From the NCBI GenBank assembly GCA_050260255.1, contig JBLNBW010000208.1:1-53169 (forward strand): a stretch of DNA of 53,169 bases. The letters run 5' to 3'. Shown here piece after piece: positions 10,875 through 20,958 of this stretch (position 1 is the stretch's first letter; each line of letters opens with the position of its first letter). The notes under the pieces were generated by a model, which did no database searches, was not told the origin of the DNA, and saw only the letters and a list, made by a program, of their open reading frames with translations. The DNA comes from Rhodospirillaceae bacterium. GTDB lineage: Bacteria > Pseudomonadota > Gammaproteobacteria > Burkholderiales > SG8-41. The translations under genes were made by a program, and so were the position numbers.

Positions 10875-11654
10875 ATGAAGACCGCTCCCCTGCTTTACGC
10901 GCTCCTCGCATCGACGCTGCTCGCGCTGCCGGCGCACGCAGCCGACGACGCGACCCCGAAGGTCAACGGCGTCACGATTCCGCAGTCGCGCATCGACGTG
11001 TTCACGAAGATGGCCGCACCGGGACAGCCCGACACGGCGGAGCTGCGTGCGAAAGTGCGCGACCACCTCATCACCCAGGAAGTGCTCGCGCAGGAAGCGG
11101 CGAAGCGCGGACTCGACAAAACCCCCGAGGGAACGGCACAGCTCGATCTCGTGCGCCAGCAGGCGCTCGCCCAGATGTATCTGCAGGATTATGCGCGCAA
11201 GAACCCGATCAGCGAGGACGCCGTCAAGAAGGAATATGAGCGCGCCAAGGCGGACATCGGCACCAAGGAATACCATGCCCGCCACATCCTCGTGAAAAGC
11301 GAGGACGAAGCGAAAGGCATCATCGCGCAGCTCAAGAAAGGCGCGAGCTTCCAGAAGCTCGCGGAAGAAAAATCAATCGACGGCAGCAAGTCGAATGGCG
11401 GCGATCTCGGCTGGGCCGGCGTGGAACGCTACGTACCGCAGTTCAGCGCTGCCCTCAAGAAGCTCAAGAAGGGCCAGACCACCGACGCTCCGGTTCAGAC
11501 CCAGTTCGGCTGGCACGTGATCAGGCTCGAAGACGAGCGCGCGCGCAAGTTCCCGGCGTACGAGGAAGTGAAGCCGCAGATTCAGAATCAGCTGCAGCAG
11601 CAGGCCGTGCAGAAAGCGGTGGAAGACCTGCGGGCGAAGGCGAAAGTTGAGTAA
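10875..11654 (+). CDS. Exported parvulin (PpiC-type) peptidyl-prolyl isomerase
   Basis: Signal peptide (AHA), YHARHILV, GGDLGW, TQFGWHVIRL. Confidence 0.92.
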   Translation: MKTAPLLYALLASTLLALPAHAADDATPKVNGVTIPQSRIDVFTKMAAPGQPDTAELRAKVRDHLITQEVLAQEAAKRGLDKTPEGTAQLDLVRQQALAQMYLQDYARKNPISEDAVKKEYERAKADIGTKEYHARHILVKSEDEAKGIIAQLKKGASFQKLAEEKSIDGSKSNGGDLGWAGVERYVPQFSAALKKLKKGQTTDAPVQTQFGWHVIRLEDERARKFPAYEEVKPQIQNQLQQQAVQKAVEDLRAKAKVE

Positions 11655-11766
11655 GGCGTCAGGTGTGAGGTGTGAGGGGTAAACCCCTCACGCCTCGCGA
11701 TCAAAAAAAACGGAGCCGCGCGGCTCCGTTTTTTTACGCCTTTACTCCTAACGCCTCACGCACTCA
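11651..11766. repeat. Inverted pair of degenerate heptamer arrays (GTGAGGY-like) flanking a terminator
   Basis: + strand GTAAGGC/GTCAGGT/GTGAGGT/GTGAGGG; - strand GTGAGGC/GTTAGGA/GTAAAGGC after the scpB stop. Confidence 0.6.
11703..11735. terminator. Bidirectional intrinsic terminator between PPIase and scpB
   Basis: A8-CGGAGCC-gcgc-GGCTCCG-T7 between convergent genes. Confidence 0.9.
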
Positions 11767-12729
11767 ATGCAGTTGCTGCGGCGGAATCTGCTGCAGGCGT
11801 ATTTCGGGCACGCTCGAGTACTCGTCCGTAGCGCCGTCCTCGTTTTCCCCGGCGCTCGCAACCGAAGGCGTCTCCTCCTCCGGGCTCGCTTCCGCCGCCG
11901 ATTCCATGGGCAGGCTTGCCGTCGTGCCTTGCTCGACCAGCGCGCCAAGATCATCGAGCGCCGGCAGCTCTTCCAGCGAGCGCAGATTGAGATCGTCAAG
12001 GAAAGACTTCGTGGTCGCGTAAAGCGCCGGGCGTCCCGGCACTTCACGGTGGCCGACCACATCTATCCAGCCGCGCGCTTCCAGAGACTTGAGGATGTTG
12101 CTCGACACCGTGACGCCTCGGATGTCCTCGATGTCCCCCCGCGTAACGGGCTGCTTGTACGCGATTATCGCCAGCGTTTCCAGCACGGCGCGCGAGTACT
12201 TCGGCGGCTTCTGCGGATTCAGACGATCGAGAAACTTCTGGTATTCGGGACGCGCACGGAAACGCCAGCCTGACGCGACATTGGTAAGCTCCACGCCCTT
12301 ACCTTCCCAGTCGGCACGCAAATCCTCCAGCACCTTGCGCAGCGTCTCGTTGCCGAGATCCTGGTCGAAGAGCTTCTTGAGCTCGGGCAGCGTCATGGGT
12401 TCGGGGCTCACCATCAGCGCCGTCTCCAGGACGCGCTTCACGAGCTCCAGGTCGAGGCCGGCATCCTCTGCTGCGGCTGCCGCGGGCGGTGTCTCTTCTG
12501 CAGATGCATCGGCCTCCGCTACCGGCGATTCGTGCTCACCTGACTGCGCTTCGACCGCCGCGGACGGGGTCTCCTCTGCAGGCGCATCGGCCTGCGCCAC
12601 GGGCGATTCGTGCTCGTTCGCGTCGGCTTCGGCCGCGCGTTGCTCCGTCATGTCCTCGTGCGGCACGGCAGCGGCATCTTCGGCGCCCGGCTGCTGTTCG
12701 TCTTCGCGGTTGTTCTCGTCCATACGCAT
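11764..12729 (-). CDS. scpB: SMC-Scp complex subunit ScpB with acidic N-terminal extension
   Basis: [46 protein letters not shown]. Confidence 0.94.
   Translation of the reverse strand: MRMDENNREDEQQPGAEDAAAVPHEDMTEQRAAEADANEHESPVAQADAPAEETPSAAVEAQSGEHESPVAEADASAEETPPAAAAAEDAGLDLELVKRVLETALMVSPEPMTLPELKKLFDQDLGNETLRKVLEDLRADWEGKGVELTNVASGWRFRARPEYQKFLDRLNPQKPPKYSRAVLETLAIIAYKQPVTRGDIEDIRGVTVSSNILKSLEARGWIDVVGHREVPGRPALYATTKSFLDDLNLRSLEELPALDDLGALVEQGTTASLPMESAAEASPEEETPSVASAGENEDGATDEYSSVPEIRLQQIPPQQLH
12481..12616 (-). repeat. Imperfect 78-bp-period duplication in the scpB 5' region
   Basis: [20 protein letters not shown] / [20 protein letters not shown], 26 codons apart. Confidence 0.8.
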
Positions 12730-12733
12730 TCCG

Positions 12734-13573
12734 TTATTCGACGATGGCAGGCGTCACGCTGCGCAGCTTCACATAAATGGGCGCATACGCTTCCTGCTGC
12801 GTCACTTCGATGAGAGTCTCCTTCGCGAGCTCCAGTATCGCGAGGAACGTAACGACGAGGACCGGAACGCCTTCCTTCGGCTCGAACAGGTCCTCGAACG
12901 CGACGAATTGCTGATCTTGCAGGCGCCGCAACACGCGGCTCATGTGCGCCCGCACCGAGAGCTGCTCGCGCGTGACGTGATGATGCTTGTTGACCGACGC
13001 CCGCTTGATGAGCGTGAGCCACGCGAGCTTGAGGTCGTCCGGGCTGACTTCCGGCAGACGCACCGTGGTGTTGGGCTCCACGTACACCTGCACCAGCTGG
13101 AAGTCGCGTCCCGCCTGGGGCAGCTCGTTCACGCGCTGCGCGGCAAGCTTCATCTGCTCGTATTCGAGCAGGCGGCGCACCAGCTCGGCGCGCGGGTCTT
13201 CCGGCTCGGCCTCGGTCGACGTCGGGCGCGGCAGCAGCATGCGCGACTTGATCTCGATCAGCATGGCGGCCATGAGCAGATACTCGGCCGCGAGCTCCAG
13301 ATGGCGGGACCGCATCATCTCGACGTATTCCAGATACTGCGCGGTGAGCTTCGCCATCGGAATGTCGAGAACGTCGATGTTTTCCTTGCGGATCAGATAC
13401 AGCAGCAGATCCAGCGGCCCCTCGAACTGCTCGAGGAAGACCTCCAGCGCATCCGGCGGGATATACAGGTCCTGGGGCAGCTCCAGAAGCAGCTGGCCGT
13501 AAACCTTGGCCACGGGCGCGGCCGGATCCACCGGGGGAGTCTCGACCGCCGCCATCTCGTTCATATCGTTCAT
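12734..13573 (-). CDS. scpA: Segregation/condensation protein A (kleisin)
   Basis: [39 protein letters not shown]. Confidence 0.95.
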   Translation of the reverse strand: MNDMNEMAAVETPPVDPAAPVAKVYGQLLLELPQDLYIPPDALEVFLEQFEGPLDLLLYLIRKENIDVLDIPMAKLTAQYLEYVEMMRSRHLELAAEYLLMAAMLIEIKSRMLLPRPTSTEAEPEDPRAELVRRLLEYEQMKLAAQRVNELPQAGRDFQLVQVYVEPNTTVRLPEVSPDDLKLAWLTLIKRASVNKHHHVTREQLSVRAHMSRVLRRLQDQQFVAFEDLFEPKEGVPVLVVTFLAILELAKETLIEVTQQEAYAPIYVKLRSVTPAIVE

Positions 13574-13761
13574 CGGGCACCCCCGCCGGGCAGCGGCTGG
13601 AGCGGCCGGGTAAGCGCCCCGGCGGCTTTCGTCTGGTGTCGTTGAGCCATCGCCGTATTCTACAGCGATTTACCCGCGGCGCTAGAGGTTGCACGCAACT
13701 AGTAGCGTGTCGCCGCGGGGCAACGCCTAAATGTAGTGGGGTCGCAGTCGAGCCGAGCGGC

Positions 13762-14964
13762 TCAAGTGTAGTCCAGGCCCATCGCCTGGCGCACATCCCG
13801 GAGGGTTTCCTGCGCGAGCTTCCGCGCCCGCTCGCACCCGTCAGCCACGATGCTGCGCACCAGACTCGGGTCTTCGAGATAGTGTTCCGCCCGTTCCCGG
13901 ATCGGTGCCAGCTCCTTCTGCACGGCCTCGATGACCGGCTGCTTGCATTCCAGGCAACCGATCCCGGCCGAGCGGCAGCCCTTCTGCACCCATTGCCTGG
14001 TCGCGTCGTCCGAATAGACCAGATGGAACTGCCAGACCGGGCATTTTTCGGGCTCGCCGGGGTCGGTACGCTTCACCCGCGCCGGATCGGTCGGCATGGT
14101 GCGGATCTTCTTCGCCACCGCTTCGGGATCTTCGCGCAGGCCTATCGTATTGTTGTACGACTTGGACATTTTCTGCCCGTCGAGGCCCGGCATGCGCGAC
14201 GCCTCCGTGAGCAGCGCCTGCGGCTCGGCGAGGATCATCTTGCCGCCGCCTTCGATGTAGCCGAACAGCCGCTCGCGGTCGCCCATGGTGAGATTCTGCG
14301 TCTCGTCGAGCAGCGCGCGGGCGGCCTCCAGCGCCTCGTCGTCGCCCTTCTCGAGATAGCGCGTGCGCAGCTGCTTGTACAGCTTGGCCCGTCGCGCGCC
14401 CAGCTTCTTCACCGCCTGCTCGGCCTTGTCCTCGAAGCCCGGCTCCCGCCCGTAGACGTGGTTGAAGCGCCGCGCGATCTCGCGCGTGAATTCGATGTGC
14501 GGCACCTGATCCTCGCCCACCGGCACTTGATTCGCGCGGTAGATCAGAATGTCCGCGCTTTGCAGCAGCGGATAGCCAAGGAAACCGTACGTCGAGAGAT
14601 CCTTGTCCGTGAGCTTCTCCTGCTGGTCCTTGTACGTCGGCACGCGCTCCAGCCATCCGAGCGGCGTGATCATCGAAAGCAGCAGGTGCAGTTCGGCATG
14701 CTCCGGCACGCGCGACTGGATGAACAGGGTCGCCTGCGCGGGATCCACGCCCGCTGCGAGCCAGTCGACGACCATGTCCCACACGTTTCCTTCGATGATT
14801 TCCGGCGTGTCGTAATGCGTGGTGAGCGCATGCCAGTCGGCAACGAAGAACAGGCATTCGTGCTCGTGCTGCAGGTGTATCCAGTTCTTCAGCACCCCGT
14901 GATAGTGACCGAGATGCAGCGCCCCGGTGGGACGCATGCCGGACAAGACGCGGTTGGTAAACAT
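13762..14964 (-). CDS. trpS: Tryptophanyl-tRNA synthetase
   Basis: SGMRPTG, HLGH, GYPLLQSADIL, VPVGEDQ, KMSKS. Confidence 0.97.
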   Translation of the reverse strand: MFTNRVLSGMRPTGALHLGHYHGVLKNWIHLQHEHECLFFVADWHALTTHYDTPEIIEGNVWDMVVDWLAAGVDPAQATLFIQSRVPEHAELHLLLSMITPLGWLERVPTYKDQQEKLTDKDLSTYGFLGYPLLQSADILIYRANQVPVGEDQVPHIEFTREIARRFNHVYGREPGFEDKAEQAVKKLGARRAKLYKQLRTRYLEKGDDEALEAARALLDETQNLTMGDRERLFGYIEGGGKMILAEPQALLTEASRMPGLDGQKMSKSYNNTIGLREDPEAVAKKIRTMPTDPARVKRTDPGEPEKCPVWQFHLVYSDDATRQWVQKGCRSAGIGCLECKQPVIEAVQKELAPIRERAEHYLEDPSLVRSIVADGCERARKLAQETLRDVRQAMGLDYT

Positions 14965-14983
14965 GATTGCGGGATCGTTCTTA

Positions 14984-15682
14984 TCAGAAAAGATTGCCGA
15001 GTCGGACGAGCTCGTATACCGGCACGCCGAACACCTGCGCGATGCCGACGATCGTGATGTCTATGATAGGCCACAGCACGGCGCCCAGCAGGCCCGTGAA
15101 GAGCAGCACGAGCAGTATGGGAAAGCCCCAGCGCTCGAGCCGTGCGAAGCGCAATGCGTAACCGTGCGGCAGCAGGCTCACCAGGATGCGTCCGCCATCG
15201 AGCGGCGGCAGAGGCAGCAGGTTGAGCGCCATGAATATGACGTTGATATAAATGCCCGCCGCGCCCATCAGCGCGAGCGGCAGCGCATAACGCGTCTCGG
15301 GGAACGCGAGATTCGTCTTGAGCACCGCGGCCCACAGCAGCGCCATCGCGAGATTGCTGCCCGGACCTGCGGCAGCGACCCACAGCATGTCGCGCTTCGG
15401 ATGACGGAGATTGCCGAAATTCACCGGCACGGGCTTCGCCCAGCCGAAGAGGACGCCGCCACCGCCCATGATTTTCCCGAGCGCAAGAAGTATGAGCGGC
15501 AGGAGCACTGTCCCGATCGGATCGATGTGCCGGACCGGGTTCAGCGTCACGCGCCCGGCGGCGTACGCCGTCAGATCGCCGAAACGCATCGCCACGTATC
15601 CATGCGCCGCCTCGTGCAGCGTGATCGCGAGGATAACGGGCAACGCATAGACGGCGATGAGCTGAGCTAGGTTGAGTTCCAT
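14984..15682 (-). CDS. Site-2 protease family (M50) membrane metalloprotease
   Basis: HEAAH, TLNPVRHID, FGWAKPVPV, AAAGP, NLLPLPPLDG; start MELNL. Confidence 0.92.
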   Translation of the reverse strand: MELNLAQLIAVYALPVILAITLHEAAHGYVAMRFGDLTAYAAGRVTLNPVRHIDPIGTVLLPLILLALGKIMGGGGVLFGWAKPVPVNFGNLRHPKRDMLWVAAAGPGSNLAMALLWAAVLKTNLAFPETRYALPLALMGAAGIYINVIFMALNLLPLPPLDGGRILVSLLPHGYALRFARLERWGFPILLVLLFTGLLGAVLWPIIDITIVGIAQVFGVPVYELVRLGNLF

Positions 15683-15812
15683 TGGGGTGGCTCGCGCGCC
15701 GGCTATGACCGTCGTGGAGCCCCTGGTTGTCGGTATGTCCGCTGGCACCGCCGCGGGCGGGCGACGGCAGGCGGAAGTATAACAAATGAGCTGCCGCCGA
15801 TCGTAAACAGCC

Positions 15813-16436
15813 TCAGCTCGTGAAAACGCCGGTGCTGCCTTTGCCGACGCGCGTGATCTCCGGCGTGTCTCCGGTGAGTTGCACGAGGGTGGTCGGCACG
15901 ACGCCGCCGGGTCCGCCGTCGATCACGAGATCGACGAGTTTTTCGAGTCGCGCGCGTATGTCGTGGGGATCGGTGAGAGGCTCGGTGTCGCCCGGCATGA
16001 TGAGCGTCGACGATACGAGCGGCTCGCCGAGGTCCTGCAGCAGCGCCTGCACGATGCGACTGTCGGGCACGCGAACGCCTATCGTACGCCGGTTGGGATG
16101 CTGCAGGCGTTTCGGCACTTCGCGCGTAGCATGCAATATGAACGTGTAGCTTCCGGGCGTCGCCGCCTTGAGCACGCGGAATTGCCGGTCGTTCACGTGC
16201 GCATAAATCGCCACTTCCGACAGATCACGGCATATGAGCGCAAGCAGCTGCTTCTCGTCGAGATCGCGGATCGCACGTATGCGCGCCAAGGCTTCCTTGT
16301 CGCCGATGCGGCAGCCCAGCGCATAGCACGAGTCGGTCGGATACGCGAGCACTGCGCCCTCGCGCACGAGCTGCGCCGCCTGGCGTATGAGCCTCGGCTG
16401 CGGATCGATGGGATGTATGGTGAAAAACTGCGCCAT
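15813..16436 (-). CDS. Sua5/YciO/YrdC family protein (YciO-like)
   Basis: MAQFFTIHP, YPTDSCYALGC, TIGVRVP; yciV-yciO synteny. Confidence 0.9.
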   Translation of the reverse strand: MAQFFTIHPIDPQPRLIRQAAQLVREGAVLAYPTDSCYALGCRIGDKEALARIRAIRDLDEKQLLALICRDLSEVAIYAHVNDRQFRVLKAATPGSYTFILHATREVPKRLQHPNRRTIGVRVPDSRIVQALLQDLGEPLVSSTLIMPGDTEPLTDPHDIRARLEKLVDLVIDGGPGGVVPTTLVQLTGDTPEITRVGKGSTGVFTS

Positions 16437-16470
16437 GGCGTATCAGCGCGCACCCGCGCTCACCGTCGCC

Positions 16471-17307
16471 TCACAAGGCAGTCCATACCGGCGTACATCC
16501 AGCCGGCAGCGGCGGCAGATCGCCCAGATCGTAATAGCTTTCTTCCGGGCCGTGAAAATCCGAGCCGCACGAGGCGAGCAATCCATGCCGCCGTGCGGCC
16601 TTGGCCCAGTACACGTATTGATCGGGCGTATGGCTGCCGGTCACGACTTCGACCGCAACACCGCCGAGCGCCTTGAAGCGCTCCAGCATTTCCTCACGCT
16701 GCCAGTTCTCCATGCGATAGCGGCCGGGATGCGCGAGCACCGGGACGCCGCCTGCTTCGCGTAACCAGCGCATCGCCTCTTCCATCGTCGCCCACTCGTG
16801 CGGGACGTAGCCTGGATGTCCGGCCGTCAAATAGCGTTTGAACACCGCGCGCATGTCGCGCGCATGGCCGCGCTCGACGAGAAAACGCGCAAAATGGGTG
16901 CGGCCTACGAGATCGGGATTCGTGGCATACGCTTGCGCGCCTTCGAGGGCGCCCTGGATGCCGGCGAGCGCGAGCCCTTCGGCCATACGCGCTGCCCGCG
17001 CAGCGCGCCCGGCGCGTATGCCTTCGAGTCCCTCTTTCAAGGCCTCCGATGATGGATCGATGCGCAAACCGACGATGTGCAAGGTGTGGCCGGCCCAGCT
17101 CACCGACACTTCGACGCCAGCTACAAGCTCCACGCCCAGAACGGTCGCGGCATTCGCCGCTTCGTCGAGTCCGGAAAGCTCGTCGTGGTCCGTCAACGCC
17201 AGCACATGCACGCCGCGTCCTGCTGCGCGGCTCACCACTTCCGCAGGCGTGAGCAAGCCGTCGGAGCGCGTGGAATGGCAGTGAAGATCGTAATGCAATG
17301 TAGCCAT
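16471..17307 (-). CDS. PHP-domain phosphoesterase (YciV/TrpH-like)
   Basis: DLHCHS..SDG, LTDHD, GRTHFA, LAHP, GSDFHG. Confidence 0.92.
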   Translation of the reverse strand: MATLHYDLHCHSTRSDGLLTPAEVVSRAAGRGVHVLALTDHDELSGLDEAANAATVLGVELVAGVEVSVSWAGHTLHIVGLRIDPSSEALKEGLEGIRAGRAARAARMAEGLALAGIQGALEGAQAYATNPDLVGRTHFARFLVERGHARDMRAVFKRYLTAGHPGYVPHEWATMEEAMRWLREAGGVPVLAHPGRYRMENWQREEMLERFKALGGVAVEVVTGSHTPDQYVYWAKAARRHGLLASCGSDFHGPEESYYDLGDLPPLPAGCTPVWTAL

Positions 17308-17441
17308 GGTGGAGCGTCGCGTGAAGCAGCGCTTGTGCCCGAGACAGTGCGCGATGCGCGGTGTCGCGCGGCTCGCGAGGGATGGGACATCACATTATAG
17401 CGCGGACGTCGTCCGTGTTCAGAACGCGCGCCGCGACGGGG

Positions 17442-19616
17442 TCACCAGCCTGCTTCGCGCCACACCAGCGCCATCGCGGCACGCACGAAATCGGAAGCCA
17501 GTGACTCCTCGGTGCCGCTGATGACCACTTTGCCCCGCCAGGTATGTGCGGCGAGCTCCGCTTCGGCAGCGGGCACGGCAAGCGTTACCCGGTACACAGC
17601 CTTCTCGGGCACGAGCTTTCCGTCGGCCTCGCGCGCCTCGACCGAGCCGCCGTGCTGAGCGGCCAGCAGCGGCGCATCGAGCGCGTGGGTCGCATCCTTG
17701 TCGACGCTGACGACGCGCAATCCGATCGCATGGCCGGAGCGGCCGTCGGGATAGAACATCGCCGTATCCCCGACCGCGATCCGGTGAACGGCGTCTTCCG
17801 TGACGTAACACTCGACGTACCAGCCGTCGCGGCTCACGACCGTCGCGAGCTGCTCCGAACGCGCGATCCACGAGCCGGGCCGCACATCGGGGTCGTGCAG
17901 GCGAAAGTGGCCGTCGACTCGGGCAACGGGCTCGTATTCCTGCTTTTGCGATTCCAGTCCGCGGCGCGCCGTCTGCGCCGTCTGCAGTTCGCCTTGTCGC
18001 ACCAGCAGCTTCGCACGTTGCTCCGGACTAAATGCCGATACGGCGATCTCCGCGTCATAGCGTTGCACGCGGCTGCGCGCTGCAGTAAGCCGCTGATCGA
18101 GCTGCTCTGCACTCATGCGCAACAGCGGCGTACCGGCTTTCACGAACGCGCCGTCCGTCACGTAAACCTGTTCGAGCCGTCCGGCATCCCGCGCGTGAAC
18201 CGGAAATTCCTCTCCCGGATGCAGCAGCCCGGACGCTTGTATGCGGCGTGGAAGCGGCACGAAGCACAGCGCTACGGCAGCCAAAACCACGAGCATGGTG
18301 ACGTACGACCGTCCGCTTTGGCGGATGCCGGGCAGCAGCGCGCGCCAAGTCTTCAGTTCGGAATAGATGGGCATGAGAACGAACCAGATGATTTCGACCG
18401 CGAAAAGGACTATGCCGACCGCCTTGATGAAGAACGAGTACACCAGTATTGCGATGCCGAGAAAAACCACGAGCCGATAGCACCACGTGAAGTACGCAAA
18501 CAGTAGCAGGCCACGCCGCCGCTGCCTGCTGTAATGCTCGGGCGGCGGTGCGCCGAGAGCGAAGAGCAGCTCGCGCAGCCGCCATCGGGCCAGGGCAAAG
18601 GCACGTGCATGCAGGTTCGGCATCTCCAGAAAATCGGACAACAGAAAATACCCGTCGAAGCGCATGAAGGGGCTGCAATTGACGATGACGGTGCTGACCC
18701 AGGTGGTCGTCGCAAGCAGGAACGCTGCCGTGCGCAGGACGCCATCGGGCAGAAACGCCCACGCAAGCGTCGCCCACGCAGCAATGAGGAGTTCGGTGAT
18801 GACGCCCGCAGCACCGATATGGACGCGCTGGCGTCGCGAGGTGAGCTTCCACGCCTCGTTGGTATCGGTATACGGCATGGGCCACAGCACGAGAAATGCG
18901 ACGCCCATTGCCGGCACGCGGCAGCCGTAGCGCTTCGCAGTGAGCCCGTGTCCGAGCTCGTGCAAGATCTTGACGAACACCAGCGTGCACACGTACGACA
19001 CGATGCCCGATACGCTGAAAGTGCCGACCAGCGTCGTTCTGAAGACATCCCATTCACGATAGACGAACGCAAGCCCCGTCACCATGGCAACGCCCGTAAT
19101 GGCGAAAAAGCGCGCCGTGAACAGGAAGCCGAGCTTGTCGTTCAGCGATGCAAGTGCCGCGTCGGGATGCACGAGCGGAATGCGGAAGAAGAGATAACTG
19201 TGCAGCAGACGTTGCCACAGCGAGTGCGTCAGGCGCGCCTTCACCGCTGCGAACTCGCCCGACGTATCGGCACCGGGCGTATGCGCGAGCTGGTTGCTGC
19301 GCAGGAACTTCCCGACCGCCTGCACGTCGTCGGCTGTTACGTCGAGTGTGGTTTCGGCGTTGACCGCCTCGACAATCCGCCGTACGCCGCCAAGATGCCA
19401 GTGGGCGAGTATTTCGAACGTGAGCCAGTCGAGCTGGAAATAGAGATTGCGCACGGGATCGTGCAGCGTCCAGCTCGGTTGTCCATCGCGCAGCCGCGGC
19501 CCTTCGTGCAGCTGCAGTTCCTCGCGCAGCCGCGGCCACGGATACGAATGAGCGAGCTTAAGACGCGGCGCCACTCGACCCGCGTTGGCGTTTGCGCTAG
19601 ATACCGAAGAATTCAC
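17442..19616 (-). CDS. M50 (site-2) metallopeptidase fused to a C-terminal HlyD-like adaptor domain; PqqD-like N-terminus
   Basis: HELGH (18948-18962) and NCSPFMRFDG in a multi-TM region; C-terminal barrel-sandwich/coiled coil (VTDGAFVKAGTPLL). Confidence 0.85.
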   Translation of the reverse strand: MNSSVSSANANAGRVAPRLKLAHSYPWPRLREELQLHEGPRLRDGQPSWTLHDPVRNLYFQLDWLTFEILAHWHLGGVRRIVEAVNAETTLDVTADDVQAVGKFLRSNQLAHTPGADTSGEFAAVKARLTHSLWQRLLHSYLFFRIPLVHPDAALASLNDKLGFLFTARFFAITGVAMVTGLAFVYREWDVFRTTLVGTFSVSGIVSYVCTLVFVKILHELGHGLTAKRYGCRVPAMGVAFLVLWPMPYTDTNEAWKLTSRRQRVHIGAAGVITELLIAAWATLAWAFLPDGVLRTAAFLLATTTWVSTVIVNCSPFMRFDGYFLLSDFLEMPNLHARAFALARWRLRELLFALGAPPPEHYSRQRRRGLLLFAYFTWCYRLVVFLGIAILVYSFFIKAVGIVLFAVEIIWFVLMPIYSELKTWRALLPGIRQSGRSYVTMLVVLAAVALCFVPLPRRIQASGLLHPGEEFPVHARDAGRLEQVYVTDGAFVKAGTPLLRMSAEQLDQRLTAARSRVQRYDAEIAVSAFSPEQRAKLLVRQGELQTAQTARRGLESQKQEYEPVARVDGHFRLHDPDVRPGSWIARSEQLATVVSRDGWYVECYVTEDAVHRIAVGDTAMFYPDGRSGHAIGLRVVSVDKDATHALDAPLLAAQHGGSVEAREADGKLVPEKAVYRVTLAVPAAEAELAAHTWRGKVVISGTEESLASDFVRAAMALVWREAGW

Positions 19617-20958
19617 GTATCGTCGCGAGCGGGCGCCGCACTATCCAATACGCCAGCGGGACCTCTTCGCCGGCCAGCCGCACGGTGCCTTTGAGACCGA
19701 TGCGATGAGGCGTATCGCGATCGAGGACCGCGCGAACGCGATAGGCGTACACGCCATCGGGCCGCCGCACGGCGTCATGCGAGATGTAGCGAATGCTGCC
19801 TGCCACAGGATCGAGCGGGCTTGCCGACAGATACAGGCGCGCGCTTGCTTTTTCCGGAAGAGGTATGGCGTCTGCGGCACCCATCCACGCCTCGATCTCC
19901 TTGTCCTGTGGGCTCGCCAGGCGAAGGATGCGCTCGCCGGTACTCACCGGCCGCCCTATCCATTCCGATGGATCATCGAAGATCACGTAGCCGTCGTTCG
20001 GCGCGACAACCGTCGAGCGCGAGCGCTGGGTCTTGAGAAAATCGAGCTCGGCGCGTCGCTCCGCGACCGTACCGCGCGCCGAAGGCAGCTGCGCCCTCGC
20101 CTTCGGATCCATGAGCGCCTGTTGCTCGTACTGGCGCAGCTCGGCTTCCGCCGTGCGTAGCGCCTGCACAGCAACGTCGTACTTGCTGCCGATCGCGATG
20201 TCGTCGAAAGCAAAGAGACGATCGCCCTTCTTCACCGCCTGGTTCGGGCGAACGTAGAACTCGCTCACGACGCCGTCGAGCGGCGCGCGCACCGCGACCG
20301 GTTCCGCGGGCACCAGCTCGCCCGGGGCAAGAACCGTCAAGGGGACCGGCACCGAGAGCGCGGCTGCGGCAGCGGCGACGAGCGCGATGCGCCATGTCCG
20401 TACGCTCTTCTTGAACCGGTGCCACCGGGCGCTCCACGAGCGGCGATATGTCGCTTCAGCGCGCGCGTGATAAGCAAAGCGCCACGTGTCGATCCAGTCG
20501 TAGATGTCGTGGATTTCGTCGTCGGTCCACGGCGTGTCCCGTGCGAACAGCACACCGCCGCGAGGTATGCCGTCCCGTGCGTCGCTGGCCGCTATGGGTA
20601 TCCAGAGTCCGTGCTCCGGCAGCCAATCGGACCATTCGGCAGCGTGGCGCTCGTCGAGGTCGTTGCGATCAATGCGGCCTGCGCCCTTGTTCGCGAGCCG
20701 CTTGCACGTTGCATTCACCCACTGGACATAAGGTGCGTTGCGCTCGATGTCCACCACCCCGGACAGTGCCGTCGTGGCGCCGACTTCGAACCACAGTGCC
20801 GCCTGCCGGTACGGCGCGAGCAGATGCGTGTCGTTGACCACGATGAAGTGCAGCGCCGCGACATCCGACGCGGTGCGGGCGCGCCGTATCAGCTCCAGCG
20901 CGACTGCGGCGGTGCTTGCGATCCCGATGGACGGCTCGGCCTGGTTCATGGAGCTCAA
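19597..20958 (-). CDS. HlyD-family membrane fusion protein with an N-terminal cytoplasmic (GAF-like) domain
   Basis: ~190-aa soluble N-domain, one TM, then VRAPLDGVV..VRPNQAVKKGD..APNDG lipoyl halves; start 20958 or 20949. Confidence 0.8.
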   Translation of the reverse strand: MSSMNQAEPSIGIASTAAVALELIRRARTASDVAALHFIVVNDTHLLAPYRQAALWFEVGATTALSGVVDIERNAPYVQWVNATCKRLANKGAGRIDRNDLDERHAAEWSDWLPEHGLWIPIAASDARDGIPRGGVLFARDTPWTDDEIHDIYDWIDTWRFAYHARAEATYRRSWSARWHRFKKSVRTWRIALVAAAAAALSVPVPLTVLAPGELVPAEPVAVRAPLDGVVSEFYVRPNQAVKKGDRLFAFDDIAIGSKYDVAVQALRTAEAELRQYEQQALMDPKARAQLPSARGTVAERRAELDFLKTQRSRSTVVAPNDGYVIFDDPSEWIGRPVSTGERILRLASPQDKEIEAWMGAADAIPLPEKASARLYLSASPLDPVAGSIRYISHDAVRRPDGVYAYRVRAVLDRDTPHRIGLKGTVRLAGEEVPLAYWIVRRPLATIREFFGI

